Shown: positions 50,909 to 64,000 of the stretch, in pieces
Layout of the letters: the number at the start of each line of letters is the position of its first letter
Position numbering within the stretch: the first letter of the stretch is position 1
Source of the DNA: Gammaproteobacteria bacterium
GTDB taxonomy: Bacteria > Pseudomonadota > Gammaproteobacteria > Eutrophobiales > Eutrophobiaceae
Length of the DNA: 64,000 nucleotides
Assembly (NCBI GenBank): GCA_965221695.1
Contig: OZ244905.1
Location: forward strand, 2,112,001-2,176,000
Direction of reading: 5' to 3'
Notes under the pieces: generated by a model
Told to the model about the DNA's origin: nothing
The model's input: the letters and a program-made list of their open reading frames with translations, nothing else
Database searches by the model: none
Position numbers and translations under genes: made by a program

Positions 50909-51802
50909 TTAGCTCGGATCCAGCTTGCCCGTGCCGGGGCGCGCCCGAAACGCGACGGGAAAGACGCCGGGTTCCAACTCCTCGCGGCGTTCTTGTTTTA
51001 TCTCCGGCACCCAGGCATGGCCATACACGGCCTCAAACGTTGCAGGCAACCCGTCATTGCCGTAGCGGCACTGGTAGGCGGCCAGCATAGCCTGAAGATT
51101 CTGCTTGCCTGTCAGTGATTTGCGCCGGCCTGCATTGACGTTGCCGGCGCCCAGGGCCTTCAGTTCGCGCAGTAGGGCGCGGCCATCGTCATAGACCAGG
51201 GTAAACGTCTCCGTCTCCATCACCGGGTCAACAAACCCGGCCCGCACCAGCGCATCGCCCACATCATGCATATCCGTAAATGCGTTGACATGAACATGGT
51301 CATCCACCCCGGACCAGCTCTCCCGCAGTTCCGCCAGGGAATCCGGGCCGAAGGTGGAAAACAGCAACAGGCCGCCGGGGCGCAGCGTGCGAAAGGTTTC
51401 CTCCAGCGCCCGGTCCAGCCGGGCGACCCACTGGAACATCAGGTTGGAAAAAGCAAACTCCACGGTCTCATCAGCTATGGGCAACTGTTCCGCGTCCGCA
51501 CAAATGCGCGCGCCGGCAACATCCGTGTTCGTGCTTGACTGTTTCAGCATGTTGAACGACAGGTCCAGTTCAACCACCCGGGCAGCAACGTAGCGTTGCG
51601 CCAGTTGCGCTGACAAGCGTCCGGTTCCCGAACCCAGGTCGAGTATTTGCGCCGGCTCAAGCCGGATTGCGTGCAGCCGATCCAGCAGGCGCTCCCCAAT
51701 GGTTTGCTGCAATACGGCAACCTGGTCATAGCCACCGGCTGCGCGATTGAAATTGCGCCGAATGCCCGTCTTGTCCCGCTGGTACGGATCAGTTATTGCC
51801 AT
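50909..51802 (-). CDS. bioC: Malonyl-ACP O-methyltransferase
   Basis: FNRAA..YD, LDLGSGTG and DMHDVGD motifs. Confidence 0.93.
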   Translation of the reverse strand: MAITDPYQRDKTGIRRNFNRAAGGYDQVAVLQQTIGERLLDRLHAIRLEPAQILDLGSGTGRLSAQLAQRYVAARVVELDLSFNMLKQSSTNTDVAGARICADAEQLPIADETVEFAFSNLMFQWVARLDRALEETFRTLRPGGLLLFSTFGPDSLAELRESWSGVDDHVHVNAFTDMHDVGDALVRAGFVDPVMETETFTLVYDDGRALLRELKALGAGNVNAGRRKSLTGKQNLQAMLAAYQCRYGNDGLPATFEAVYGHAWVPEIKQERREELEPGVFPVAFRARPGTGKLDPS

Positions 51803-52980
51803 AACCGTTTTGCCTGTTGTTCCAGCGCATCCAGCAAGTGGTCAATCTGTTCGTCGTTGTGGGCGGCGCTCAGACTTATTCTCAAGCGCTCGGTGTTTTT
51901 TGCAACCGTTGGCGCCCTGATCGCGCTGACCCAGATTCCCTGCGCGCGCAAGCGCTCGCCACTGCTGACTGCGGCCTCGACGCTGCCGACGATCAGGCCT
52001 TGTATGGGTGTTTCTGAAGGAATGACCGGCAGGCCCAGTTGTCGCGCGCCGCGCTCGAAACGGGCAATCAGCGCGCGCAGTTTTTCCCGGCGCCAGGATT
52101 CCTGCGCGACGATGGCCAGGGATGTATTGATTGCGGCAGCTAAGGCGGGCGGCATTGCGGTCGTGTAAATATAGGGCCGGCCTGTTTGAATCAAGGTCTC
52201 AATCACGTCATCAGGGCCTGCCACGAACGCCCCCGATACCCCGCAGGCCTTGCCGAATGTGCCCATCAGCACGGGAACTAGCGCCTGATCCAGAGAATAA
52301 TGCTCTGGAGTGCCGCCGCCATTATTGCCCAGGACGCCGAAGCCGTGTGCATCATCCACGGCAAGCAATGCGTTGCTGCGCGCACAGAGCGCGGCCATTT
52401 CCGGCAATCGCGCAATACTGCCGTCCATGCTGAACACGCCGTCCGTGGCTACCAGGGCGCGCGCATTGGCGCACAACAGGCTTTCCAGTTGCGCCACGTC
52501 AAGATGCCGGTATCGGCGCAGACGCCCGCGGGCCAGTAATGCGCCATCGATCAATGATGCATGGTTTTCCCGGTCCATCACAATCGCATCCTCACGGCGT
52601 GCGGCAAACGCAGTGACCACCGCGAGATTGGCCAGGTATCCGCTGGAAAAAAGCACGACACGGGAACGCTCCAGTTGCTGCGCCAGCGTTTGTTCCAGTT
52701 GTTCATGTGCCTGGCTGTACCCGCAAAGCAGTTGTGAGGCGCCGCTGCCCACCCCGTAAACCTCCGCGGCGGCCCGGAGCGCTTGCACCACCCTGGCGTC
52801 ATTGGCCAGGCCGAGGTAGTCATTGCCGGAAAAATTGATATAGTCCCGCCCTTCTGTCCGGATCTGTGCGCCTTGTGCCGAGGTGACGGTTCGCCGGCGG
52901 CGGAAGCGGCCGGCGGCCCTGATGTTGTCCAGGCCTTTAGCGAAGGAAAACGGATCGGCCGGCAGGGTGTGGGACATCAC
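51793..52980 (-). CDS. bioF: 8-amino-7-oxononanoate synthase
   Basis: NDYLGL, NHAS, DDAH and TFGK motifs. Confidence 0.95.
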   Translation of the reverse strand: MMSHTLPADPFSFAKGLDNIRAAGRFRRRRTVTSAQGAQIRTEGRDYINFSGNDYLGLANDARVVQALRAAAEVYGVGSGASQLLCGYSQAHEQLEQTLAQQLERSRVVLFSSGYLANLAVVTAFAARREDAIVMDRENHASLIDGALLARGRLRRYRHLDVAQLESLLCANARALVATDGVFSMDGSIARLPEMAALCARSNALLAVDDAHGFGVLGNNGGGTPEHYSLDQALVPVLMGTFGKACGVSGAFVAGPDDVIETLIQTGRPYIYTTAMPPALAAAINTSLAIVAQESWRREKLRALIARFERGARQLGLPVIPSETPIQGLIVGSVEAAVSSGERLRAQGIWVSAIRAPTVAKNTERLRISLSAAHNDEQIDHLLDALEQQAKRLWQ

Positions 52981-52982
52981 TG

Positions 52983-53996
52983 CTAGTGCGCAGCCGCGTC
53001 TCCGGATGCTGCTTCCGTATCGGCAACCAGTCCTAGCCGATTAAACAGCGATTGATCCTTGGAAAACTGCGGGTTTTCGGTAGTCAGCAGCTTCTCTCCG
53101 TAGAAGATGGAGTTGGCGCCAGCGAAAAAACACAGCGCCTGGGTCGAGTCGGTCATCCCGGTTCGCCCCGCGGAGAGGCGCACATAGGCCCGCGGCATCA
53201 GGATGCGGGCGCACGCGATCGTCCTGACCAGCTCTATCGGGTCCGTATCTTCTTGTTCGGCCAGCGGCGTGCCGGCGACCTTGACCAGGGTGTTGATGGG
53301 CACGCTTTCCGGGTGTTGGGGCAGGTTCGCCAGGGTCTGCAGCATCGCCGCCCGGTCTTCGACCGCTTCGCCCATGCCAATTATGCCGCCACAGCAGACG
53401 TTAATGCCGGCGTCGCGCACCTGTTGCAGCGTGTCCAGCCGTTCCCGGTAGGTCCTGGTGCTGATGATTTTGGAGTAGAAACTCTCCGAGGTGTCGAGGT
53501 TGTGGTTATAGTAATCCAGGCCGGCTTGCTTCAGCCGCTCCGGCTGGCCGGGCTTGAGCATCCCCAAAGTAACACAGGTTTCCAATCCGAGCGCGCTGAC
53601 GCCGGAAATCATCTCGGCAACCCGGTCGATATCCTTGTCCTTCGGGCCGCGCCAGGCCGCGCCCATGCAAAATCGGCTTGCCCCGGAGGCCTTGGCGCGC
53701 CGCGCTTCCGCCAGCACCTGCTCGCAGGACATTAGCGCTTCACTGTCCACGCCGGTGTTATAGCGCACGCTTTGCGGGCAGTACGCGCAGTCTTCCGGGC
53801 AGCCGCCGCTCTTGATATTGACCAGCGTGCTTAGCTGTATGCAGTTGGGATCGAAACTGTGACGGTGAACCGCGTGCGCGCGGTGTAACAAATCATTCAA
53901 AGGCTGCCGGTAAAGCGCTAAAATCTCCGCCTGGCTCCAGTCATGTCTCGGGGTCGCAAAAGGAGCGCTCTTCAACGCTTTTTCATTAATGGACAT
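52983..53996 (-). CDS. bioB: Biotin synthase (start approximate)
   Basis: CPEDCAYC and YNHNLDT motifs. Confidence 0.97.
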   Translation of the reverse strand: MSINEKALKSAPFATPRHDWSQAEILALYRQPLNDLLHRAHAVHRHSFDPNCIQLSTLVNIKSGGCPEDCAYCPQSVRYNTGVDSEALMSCEQVLAEARRAKASGASRFCMGAAWRGPKDKDIDRVAEMISGVSALGLETCVTLGMLKPGQPERLKQAGLDYYNHNLDTSESFYSKIISTRTYRERLDTLQQVRDAGINVCCGGIIGMGEAVEDRAAMLQTLANLPQHPESVPINTLVKVAGTPLAEQEDTDPIELVRTIACARILMPRAYVRLSAGRTGMTDSTQALCFFAGANSIFYGEKLLTTENPQFSKDQSLFNRLGLVADTEAASGDAAAH

Positions 53997-54023
53997 GGAT
54001 GAATATGTTATCGAATTGCCCCA

Positions 54024-54060
54024 AGTTGTCAACCCCAGCAGCTATTTTTAGCTGACTACT
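54024..54060. promoter_or_regulatory. Candidate BirA operator between bioB and comF
   Basis: AGTTGTCAAC-N17-GCTGACTACT, an 8/10 palindrome resembling proteobacterial TTGTCAAC...GTTGACAA sites. Confidence 0.45.
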
Positions 54061-54080
54061 TTCCTGTGTAAACAAGCGGC

Positions 54081-54767
54081 ATGCTCATCAAGAACCAATG
54101 CATTCTTTGCGCCGCGCCGGCTGATTTGTCCGCCGGCCGGTTCTGTCGGGATTGTGTTACGGAATTACCGCGGCAGCCTGTGGGCGCTTGCCCAGGTTGC
54201 GGATGTCCGGCGGTCAGCGCCACCAATTGCATCCGTTGTTTCCCGCGCGCGCCGGCGTTCGATGCCTGCTTCTCCGGCTACCTTTACCGTTATCCCGTTG
54301 ACCAGATGATAAAAAACTTGAAGTATCAAGCCCGCTTGGAACTCGTTCATGCGTTGTCCGGGGCTTTGCTTAAAACTCTCGGGCGAGATCTGGCGGTGGT
54401 CCCCGACTGTCTGGCGCCGATGCCCATGCATCGCGCGCGCTTGCGCCGCCGCGGTTTTAATCAGGCGCGAGAGGTCGCGCGCGTGCTATCTGAATATATG
54501 TCCCTGCCTGTGGATGAGTGTCTGGCGCGCAGACACAAACCGACAGCATACCAGTATGAGTTGCGCCCTGAACAGCGCAAAAGAAATGTAAGAGGGGCAT
54601 TTTCTTTAATGAAAACAAATTGTTACAATAATATTGCTATTGTCGACGACATCCTGACAACGGGCGCTTCCGCGCACGAACTGGCGGGCCTGCTTAAACG
54701 CCACGGCGCGCGGCACGTTCAGGTTTGGTGTCTGGCGCGGGCTGCGCCGGTCTCTCTGGGTAACTGA
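54081..54767 (+). CDS. comF: ComF-family protein
   Basis: Double CxxC zinc fingers, RGFNQA and VDDILTTG motifs. Confidence 0.9.
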   Translation: MLIKNQCILCAAPADLSAGRFCRDCVTELPRQPVGACPGCGCPAVSATNCIRCFPRAPAFDACFSGYLYRYPVDQMIKNLKYQARLELVHALSGALLKTLGRDLAVVPDCLAPMPMHRARLRRRGFNQAREVARVLSEYMSLPVDECLARRHKPTAYQYELRPEQRKRNVRGAFSLMKTNCYNNIAIVDDILTTGASAHELAGLLKRHGARHVQVWCLARAAPVSLGN

Positions 54768-54797
54768 GTCAGGGTGGCCTCACCCGCCACCAGTTCT

Positions 54798-57212
<2,415 letters not shown>

Positions 57213-57424
57213 TTATCAGAAAAGACCCATTTTATCATGAAGCCTTTGTTCACCGCAATATATCCAGGCATCTCTCTTAACTAACTGGCTGTTCTGTCCC
57301 GGACGTTTGTCGCTAACGGAAAAATGATTGGCGTCAATGGGTTATGCTGATATTTCTCCTTTATCGTCCCTTCGCGCAGAGGCGGCGCTGTGCGTTCTTC
57401 GTTTGCGCCAGCGCAATATTCAGG

Positions 57425-58483
57425 TTAAACGAACTGCCCTTGTTCCACGTGAAACATTTTTGCTGGCAAGTCTTCGACTGAAGGGAAATTTCCCGCAGTT
57501 GTTATAAAAACTTGTCCTCCCTGCCCGGCCAAAGCTTGAATGATGCGCTGTTGTCCGGCATTGTCCAGTTCCGCAGGCAAGTCGTCCAACAAAATAATAG
57601 GAGAACGGTCTGTTCTGTTTCTGAACACGCTGTCCAAAGCCAGCGAAATGGCCACGATACATAGCTTGATCTGTCCGCGCGAATAAAATTGTCCGATTTC
57701 TCTGCCGTCCTGACAAACAGTAATATCGCTCCTATGCAGCCCATAGCGGGTCACGCCTTTCTCCATATCCGCCCGTCGCTGGGCCGCCAGAAAGCGATCC
57801 AGGTCAACATCTGCTTGCCAACCACAATTGTACTCAATTGTCATCGGTGGTATTCGGAGCCGTTCTATCACCGAATCCAGCGCATCACACAACTCGTTTA
57901 TGAATATTCGCCGCTGTTCAGTCATCGCTTTTGCTGCCTGCCACATCGCATGTTCCCATGCGCCGAGTTGATCGGCTTTGTTTTTTCTAAGTAAGCTATT
58001 GCGACTCTTCAATGCCTTGTGGTAATCCCTCCAGGTCTCAATATATCGTGGTTTCACGTGAAACATTGACCAATCCAGCCAGCGTCTGCGAAAGACTGGG
58101 CTTCCTGAAACAAGCCGTTGGCTTTCGGGCGTGACTGTGATAACCGGAATTAACGCTGCCTGATCCGAAACTTTTCGCACTGTTCGATTGTTATAGCGGA
58201 TATTCAACGCTGACCGGCTGCGTTCTACGCCGGACACCACTAGTGACCGATCGGGCAGGCGCATTCCGGCGCTGATTTGCAATTCTTTTTGATGATAGCG
58301 GATAACGCTTTGGATCACTGCCGTGCGGAATGACCGGCATCGCCCCAAAATATGGATGGCTTCCAACAGCGCCGTTTTCCCGCTGCCGTTGGGTCCGCAA
58401 ATCACATTCAGAACCGGGCCCGGTTCAATTCTCTGCTCGATTAGATTGCGAACGTTTCTGACTTGCAGCCATTCAATACGCAA
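57425..58483 (-). CDS. recF: DNA replication and repair protein RecF
   Basis: GPNGSGKT, SRGQ and LLDD..AELD motifs; between dnaN and gyrB. Confidence 0.93.
   Translation of the reverse strand: MRIEWLQVRNVRNLIEQRIEPGPVLNVICGPNGSGKTALLEAIHILGRCRSFRTAVIQSVIRYHQKELQISAGMRLPDRSLVVSGVERSRSALNIRYNNRTVRKVSDQAALIPVITVTPESQRLVSGSPVFRRRWLDWSMFHVKPRYIETWRDYHKALKSRNSLLRKNKADQLGAWEHAMWQAAKAMTEQRRIFINELCDALDSVIERLRIPPMTIEYNCGWQADVDLDRFLAAQRRADMEKGVTRYGLHRSDITVCQDGREIGQFYSRGQIKLCIVAISLALDSVFRNRTDRSPIILLDDLPAELDNAGQQRIIQALAGQGGQVFITTAGNFPSVEDLPAKMFHVEQGQFV
57441..57456. promoter_or_regulatory. parS site
   Basis: TGTTCCACGTGAAACA matches the consensus TGTTNCACGTGAAACA. Confidence 0.85.
58050..58065. promoter_or_regulatory. 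parS site
   Basis: GGTTTCACGTGAAACA matches the consensus at 15/16. Confidence 0.75.
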
Positions 58484-58500
58484 AGGATTTGATCTGGCGC

Positions 58501-59601
58501 CTACAGCAACAGCGGCATGACGATGTACTTACACTCCTCCTCTTTCTCAGGCAGGAGCAGACAGCCGCTCTTCGGGGACGAAACAGAAAGCCTTACCTTG
58601 TCTGATTCAATGTTGCTGACAGCATCAAGCAGATAACTTACATTAAACCCGACTTCTATGTTTTCTCCTGAATATTCCACATCGATCTCATCTTCCGCCT
58701 GCTCCTGTTCCGGATTGTGCAGCAATGACCTGAGTTTGCCCTGCTCCAATACGATTTTTACTCCGCGGTATTTTTCACTGGAGAGGATTGACGCCCTGCT
58801 GAGACTTCTTTTCAGCGTCTCCCTTTGCGCTACAACGGGCGTTACTGACAACTCCGGAATAACCCTGTTGTAGTCCGGGTATTTGCCATCAATCAGTTTG
58901 CTGGTAAAGATCAGTTCATCCAAGACAATCTGAATGTGGCTTTTACTCATGATGACTTCCATGTCCGTTTCTTTTTCCTCTACCAGTCGCACCAACTCTT
59001 GCACGCCTTTTCTTGGAATGATCAGTTGTTTCTGCTCTGCTGCAGGGATTGTTGCGCTGACATTGCACAGGGCCAGTCTATGTCCGTCTGTGGCCACTGC
59101 CCGCAAGCTGCCCTGTTGCGTTTCCAGTAAAACGCCGTTCAGGTAATAACGCACGTCTTGTTTTGCCATGGCAAAGGCCGTTCTGTCCAGCAAAGACTTG
59201 AACTGTTTCTGTGAAATGGTGAACCTGATATCCTCTTCGCCAGGGTTAACCAAAGGAAACTCCTGCGCCGGCAATGATAACAGCGAGAAGCGGCTTCTTC
59301 CCGAGGAAACAGTGATTCGTTCGTCCTCTGAGGATATCGTGAGTTCAGCCCCTTCTGGCAGGCTTCGACAAATATCCAGCGCTTTGCGCGCAGGGAGGGT
59401 AATTTCTCCTGTTTGCCCAAAATCTCCTGCTATAGACTCGGTGAGCTGAACTTCCATATCTGTTGTTGTCAAACGCAACTGTTGAGGGGAAACATTCAAC
59501 AAGACATTAGCAAGGATCGCCAGAGAAGGCCGATTTTCCACGACCCCATTGAGGTCATTCAACACAGGCAGAAAAACATCTCTATTAATAGTAAGATTCA
59601 T
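58501..59601 (-). CDS. dnaN: DNA polymerase III beta clamp
   Basis: QDVRYYLNG, ATDGHRL and YIVMPL motifs. Confidence 0.97.
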   Translation of the reverse strand: MNLTINRDVFLPVLNDLNGVVENRPSLAILANVLLNVSPQQLRLTTTDMEVQLTESIAGDFGQTGEITLPARKALDICRSLPEGAELTISSEDERITVSSGRSRFSLLSLPAQEFPLVNPGEEDIRFTISQKQFKSLLDRTAFAMAKQDVRYYLNGVLLETQQGSLRAVATDGHRLALCNVSATIPAAEQKQLIIPRKGVQELVRLVEEKETDMEVIMSKSHIQIVLDELIFTSKLIDGKYPDYNRVIPELSVTPVVAQRETLKRSLSRASILSSEKYRGVKIVLEQGKLRSLLHNPEQEQAEDEIDVEYSGENIEVGFNVSYLLDAVSNIESDKVRLSVSSPKSGCLLLPEKEEECKYIVMPLLL

Positions 59602-59830
59602 TATATATGATAGTTTTTATAGAGCGGCGCCGAATCCGGCATAAAATAAAAAACCATTTAAAATCAAAAAGATAAATCATTTATTGAGTAGAACTGCATA
59701 GCAGATTCCCGTTTAATTCCCTGTTGATAACCTGTACCCACAAAATAGAGACTATATTTCATACAAATTGTTCACAGCTTGCTCTACCGGTACATAACAA
59801 TCAATTCTATGTCCAGAAAAGAAGCTTCAG
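59602..59830. other. Candidate oriC region
   Basis: AT-rich tract at about 59600-59700, DnaA-box-like 9-mers at 59722 (minus strand TTATCAACA), 59734 (GTACCCACA) and 59768 (TTGTTCACA), and parS sites within about 2.3 kb. Confidence 0.5.
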
Positions 59831-59978
59831 TATAGCATAATATGCGGTTTCTGATGGATTTCAAAACGGTAGGCGGAAAAGAGAAGTATAAAAAAAATAA
59901 TACAGGAAGGTGACACGAAATTTGAGGACGCTATAATGTCAACCAATGTGATCGTTCAAAAAACCGGGGCAGAGAAGT

Positions 59979-62462
59979 ATGTGTAACAAAAACAGCGAAA
60001 ACAGATGGTTGCCGGTCGCATTCATTGTTGCGATGCTCACAAACGTGACAGTAGCGGCAGCACAGGAGCGGGAATACTTGGAAGAGGTTATCGTTACCGC
60101 GCAGAAACGGGCCCAGAACATACAGGAAATCCCGGTCGCGGTCACCGCCCTGTCCGGCGAACATCTGGTTGAACATGGCATCACAGACATGTTTGACTTG
60201 CAACAGACTGCGCCAGGACTCATCGTCGACCAGAGCCAAACCGCCACCACAGCGAACTTTTCCCTGCGCGGCATCGGCACCAGCTCCCAGAACTTTGGCT
60301 TAGAGCCGTCGGTTGGCCTGTACGTAGACGGAGTCTACAGGGCGCGCCAGAGTTCTCTCATCAATGAACTCGTCGATGTGGAACAAGTGGAAGTGTTGCG
60401 CGGCCCACAGGGAACCTTGTTTGGCCGCAACTCGTCCGCAGGCGCGGTATTGCTGAACACGGTGGCTCCCTCACACGAGACGGATAGTTACCTGGAACTG
60501 AGTTACGGTAACCTTGATCTGTTCAGCGCCAACGGCGCCTTCGGCGGTTCCCTGGTGGAGGGTGTGCTGGCGGCCCGGGTGACGGGCTTCATGACCAGTC
60601 GAGATGGATTTGTCGATGCGCTCGGTGAGGGCGATAACCTGCTCAATGACCGAGATCGATACGGCGGGCGGGCGCAACTGCTGTACACGCCGACAGCAGA
60701 CCTGTCTCTGCGCGTGATCCTGGACTATGCCGAGATCGACGAAGTGTGCTGTGCCGCAGCCACATACCTGAGCAATTATTTCTCGTTTGACGGTCGTCCG
60801 GGTTCAGATGCCCTGTTGGCCGGCCTGGGCGTTCCGTTGGTGAATGATGATGAATTCAACGACTATGTTGTGCGCATGAACCAGTTGCCGGAATCAAAAA
60901 ATGAGGACAGTGGTATATCGGTGGAACTGAATTGGGACCTGGGTGCAGCAGACACGCTTACCGCGATCAGCGCCTACCGAACGTTCAACACGACAGATGA
61001 TGCTGATGTGGATTTCAATGCTGCTGATATTGCTATCCGAGTCAACCGCGGAGAGTCCGAAGTGTTCACCCAGGAGCTGCGTCTAGCCGGCAGTCGAGGA
61101 CGTGTCGATTACCTGGCCGGCGCCTATTATTTCAACCAGAACCTGAACAGTTGGACAGCCACCGCGCTCGGCGCGGATTTTGAAGCGTTTGTCGTCAACG
61201 GCAACCCGGATCTTGGCGCGGTGATCAATGGAGTCAACCTGGTTTCCGCGCTGACCGGCGGATTGATCCCTCGGCCCGGGCCGGCTGTCCCGCCCGGCGG
61301 CAGAGCCTTAGATGTTATGTTGCAGGATCATGAAGCCTGGGCCTTGTTCGGCCAGGTTGAATACCAATTGCTGGAGCAGTGGCGTCTCTCGGCCGGATTG
61401 CGCTACACCGATGAGAAAAAAAAGCTGAACGGATCTTTTTATCAGGATACCACCGCCCCCCCACCGGATTTCGCCGCGATAGGCGCGAACCTTGTCCTGG
61501 CAACCCAGGGCCTGGCTCCCCTGAACCCGGCGCTACTGGCGCAACTTGCCTACCCGGGATGGGGATTTTATCTGCAGCCCGTGTTTGCGCCTCGCCCGAA
61601 TGTGGATGAAACGCTTAAGGACGATCAGATCACCTGGAACGCCAGGCTTAGTTGGACCCCGAGCGATGACATGTTGCTGTATGCCGGGTACGCTACCGGC
61701 TTCAAGTCGGGCGGCGCCAATACTGACCGTATCCCGGCCGCGTTCAGCCAGGTGTTCGGCGCCGAGAAGTCAGACTCGTTCGAAGCGGGCATGAAATTGC
61801 TCTTCCCGGCGCAGAGTCTGCGCGTGAACCTGGCGCTGCATTACACGACTGTTGATGATTTCCAGAGCAATGCATTCACCGGAACCGGTTTCAACCTGCG
61901 CAACGCGGGAAAAGTGGAGGCCAGGGGCGGCGAACTGGAGATCGCCTGGGCGCCGCTGGAGGGCTTGGCAATCAGCGGGGCGTATGTCTACAACGACACC
62001 GAATTTAAAGACTTTGAGCAGGCCAATTGCTGGGTGGCGACCCCGTTCCAAACCGGCATGCCGGATCCGGGTCAGCGCAACCCGACCGATCGATTTTGCG
62101 ATCGTTCGGGCGATCGGACACAGTCCAACCCGACGCATACCGTGTTGCTGTCCGCGACCCTGTCCCGTTCCATCAGTGACAGCCTGAGCGGCTATGTCCA
62201 TGCGGACTACAACCACCGGAGCAGCATCTTCATGGACGCAAACATCGATCCCCTGAAACGCCAGGGCGGATTCGGACTGCTCAACGCCCGCGCCGGACTG
62301 GTATTGGAAGCTCTTGATCTCGATGTTTCTGTGTGGGCGCGCAACCTGCTGGATGAGAATTACCACGGCGCGGTCTTTGATGTGCCACTACAGGACGGAA
62401 AACTCGCCGCATACCTGCGCGAGACGCGCACCTACGGAGTCACCCTGCGCAAACAATTTTGA
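59979..62462 (+). CDS. TonB-dependent receptor
   Basis: Signal peptide, TonB box EEVIVTAQKR, VEVLRGPQGTLFG and C-terminal Phe. Confidence 0.93.
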   Translation: MCNKNSENRWLPVAFIVAMLTNVTVAAAQEREYLEEVIVTAQKRAQNIQEIPVAVTALSGEHLVEHGITDMFDLQQTAPGLIVDQSQTATTANFSLRGIGTSSQNFGLEPSVGLYVDGVYRARQSSLINELVDVEQVEVLRGPQGTLFGRNSSAGAVLLNTVAPSHETDSYLELSYGNLDLFSANGAFGGSLVEGVLAARVTGFMTSRDGFVDALGEGDNLLNDRDRYGGRAQLLYTPTADLSLRVILDYAEIDEVCCAAATYLSNYFSFDGRPGSDALLAGLGVPLVNDDEFNDYVVRMNQLPESKNEDSGISVELNWDLGAADTLTAISAYRTFNTTDDADVDFNAADIAIRVNRGESEVFTQELRLAGSRGRVDYLAGAYYFNQNLNSWTATALGADFEAFVVNGNPDLGAVINGVNLVSALTGGLIPRPGPAVPPGGRALDVMLQDHEAWALFGQVEYQLLEQWRLSAGLRYTDEKKKLNGSFYQDTTAPPPDFAAIGANLVLATQGLAPLNPALLAQLAYPGWGFYLQPVFAPRPNVDETLKDDQITWNARLSWTPSDDMLLYAGYATGFKSGGANTDRIPAAFSQVFGAEKSDSFEAGMKLLFPAQSLRVNLALHYTTVDDFQSNAFTGTGFNLRNAGKVEARGGELEIAWAPLEGLAISGAYVYNDTEFKDFEQANCWVATPFQTGMPDPGQRNPTDRFCDRSGDRTQSNPTHTVLLSATLSRSISDSLSGYVHADYNHRSSIFMDANIDPLKRQGGFGLLNARAGLVLEALDLDVSVWARNLLDENYHGAVFDVPLQDGKLAAYLRETRTYGVTLRKQF

Positions 62463-62584
62463 CAAAATTGTGAGTTTTCTCACATTTTTGCTGATTTTTT
62501 TCTTGCCAGTCAGCGCGGCGCTGATACACTTTTCTATGTGGTCCAGGATCACGGAATTCAATACTCAAACATTTGGAGACCATT

Positions 62585-62857
62585 ATGAAAACGTTAAAAT
62601 ATCTCGCCTTTTCCCTGCTGTTCTGCTTTTCTCTTACCCTGTTTGCCGGCGACGCAGTCGACCTTAACGGGGCCGACAAGGAAACGCTGATGGGCCTGAA
62701 CGGTATTGGTGAGGCGTTCGCGCAAAGGATTATAGAATACCGGGAAGAAAACGGCGGCTTCAAATCCGTGCAGGAACTGACAAACATCAGGGGCATCGGA
62801 CAGACCCTTCTGGAGAAAAACAGAGACCTGCTGACGGTGGGAGACGCTACCAAATAA
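62585..62857 (+). CDS. comEA: ComEA-family helix-hairpin-helix protein
   Basis: Signal peptide and two GIG HhH motifs. Confidence 0.85.
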   Translation: MKTLKYLAFSLLFCFSLTLFAGDAVDLNGADKETLMGLNGIGEAFAQRIIEYREENGGFKSVQELTNIRGIGQTLLEKNRDLLTVGDATK

Positions 62858-62865
62858 CATAACGC

Positions 62866-64000
<1,135 letters not shown>

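Overview
Gammaproteobacterial-type chromosomal segment with two parts. (1) About 1-25,813 is an accessory, defence-island-like region whose left edge lies outside the window and whose right edge abuts the rpmB promoter. It holds a divergent XRE-HTH/ImmA(IrrE) metallopeptidase gene facing an operon of a metallo-beta-lactamase-fold protein ending in Gly, an E2-E1-JAB triple fusion, and a 4-TM protein split by an intact IS21 element. It also holds a HEPN-motif protein, a type ISP restriction-modification enzyme with a closely coupled Abi-alpha-like ORF, an orphan higA, an AbiJ-like HEPN protein, a Hachiman-like pair followed by a trypsin-like protease, a decayed hicBA, an OLD-family nuclease sitting between two diverged copies of the rloA 5' region, and an RloA/RloB (AbiL-like) pair. 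(2) About 25,850-64,000 is core genome: rpmB-rpmG-yaaA-mutM, an IS5-type MITE and a hicB with frameshifted hicA, ggt-coaD-rsmD-M16 peptidases, ftsYEX-rpoH (CIRCE upstream), the cytochrome c oxidase cluster, cydAB, bioBFCD (no bioH), comF, gyrB-recF-dnaN with two parS sites and an oriC-like AT-rich/DnaA-box region but no adjacent dnaA, a TonB-dependent receptor, comEA and the 5' part of leuS. No rRNA, tRNA or CRISPR array was seen. All family calls come from motif recognition by eye; no searches were run.
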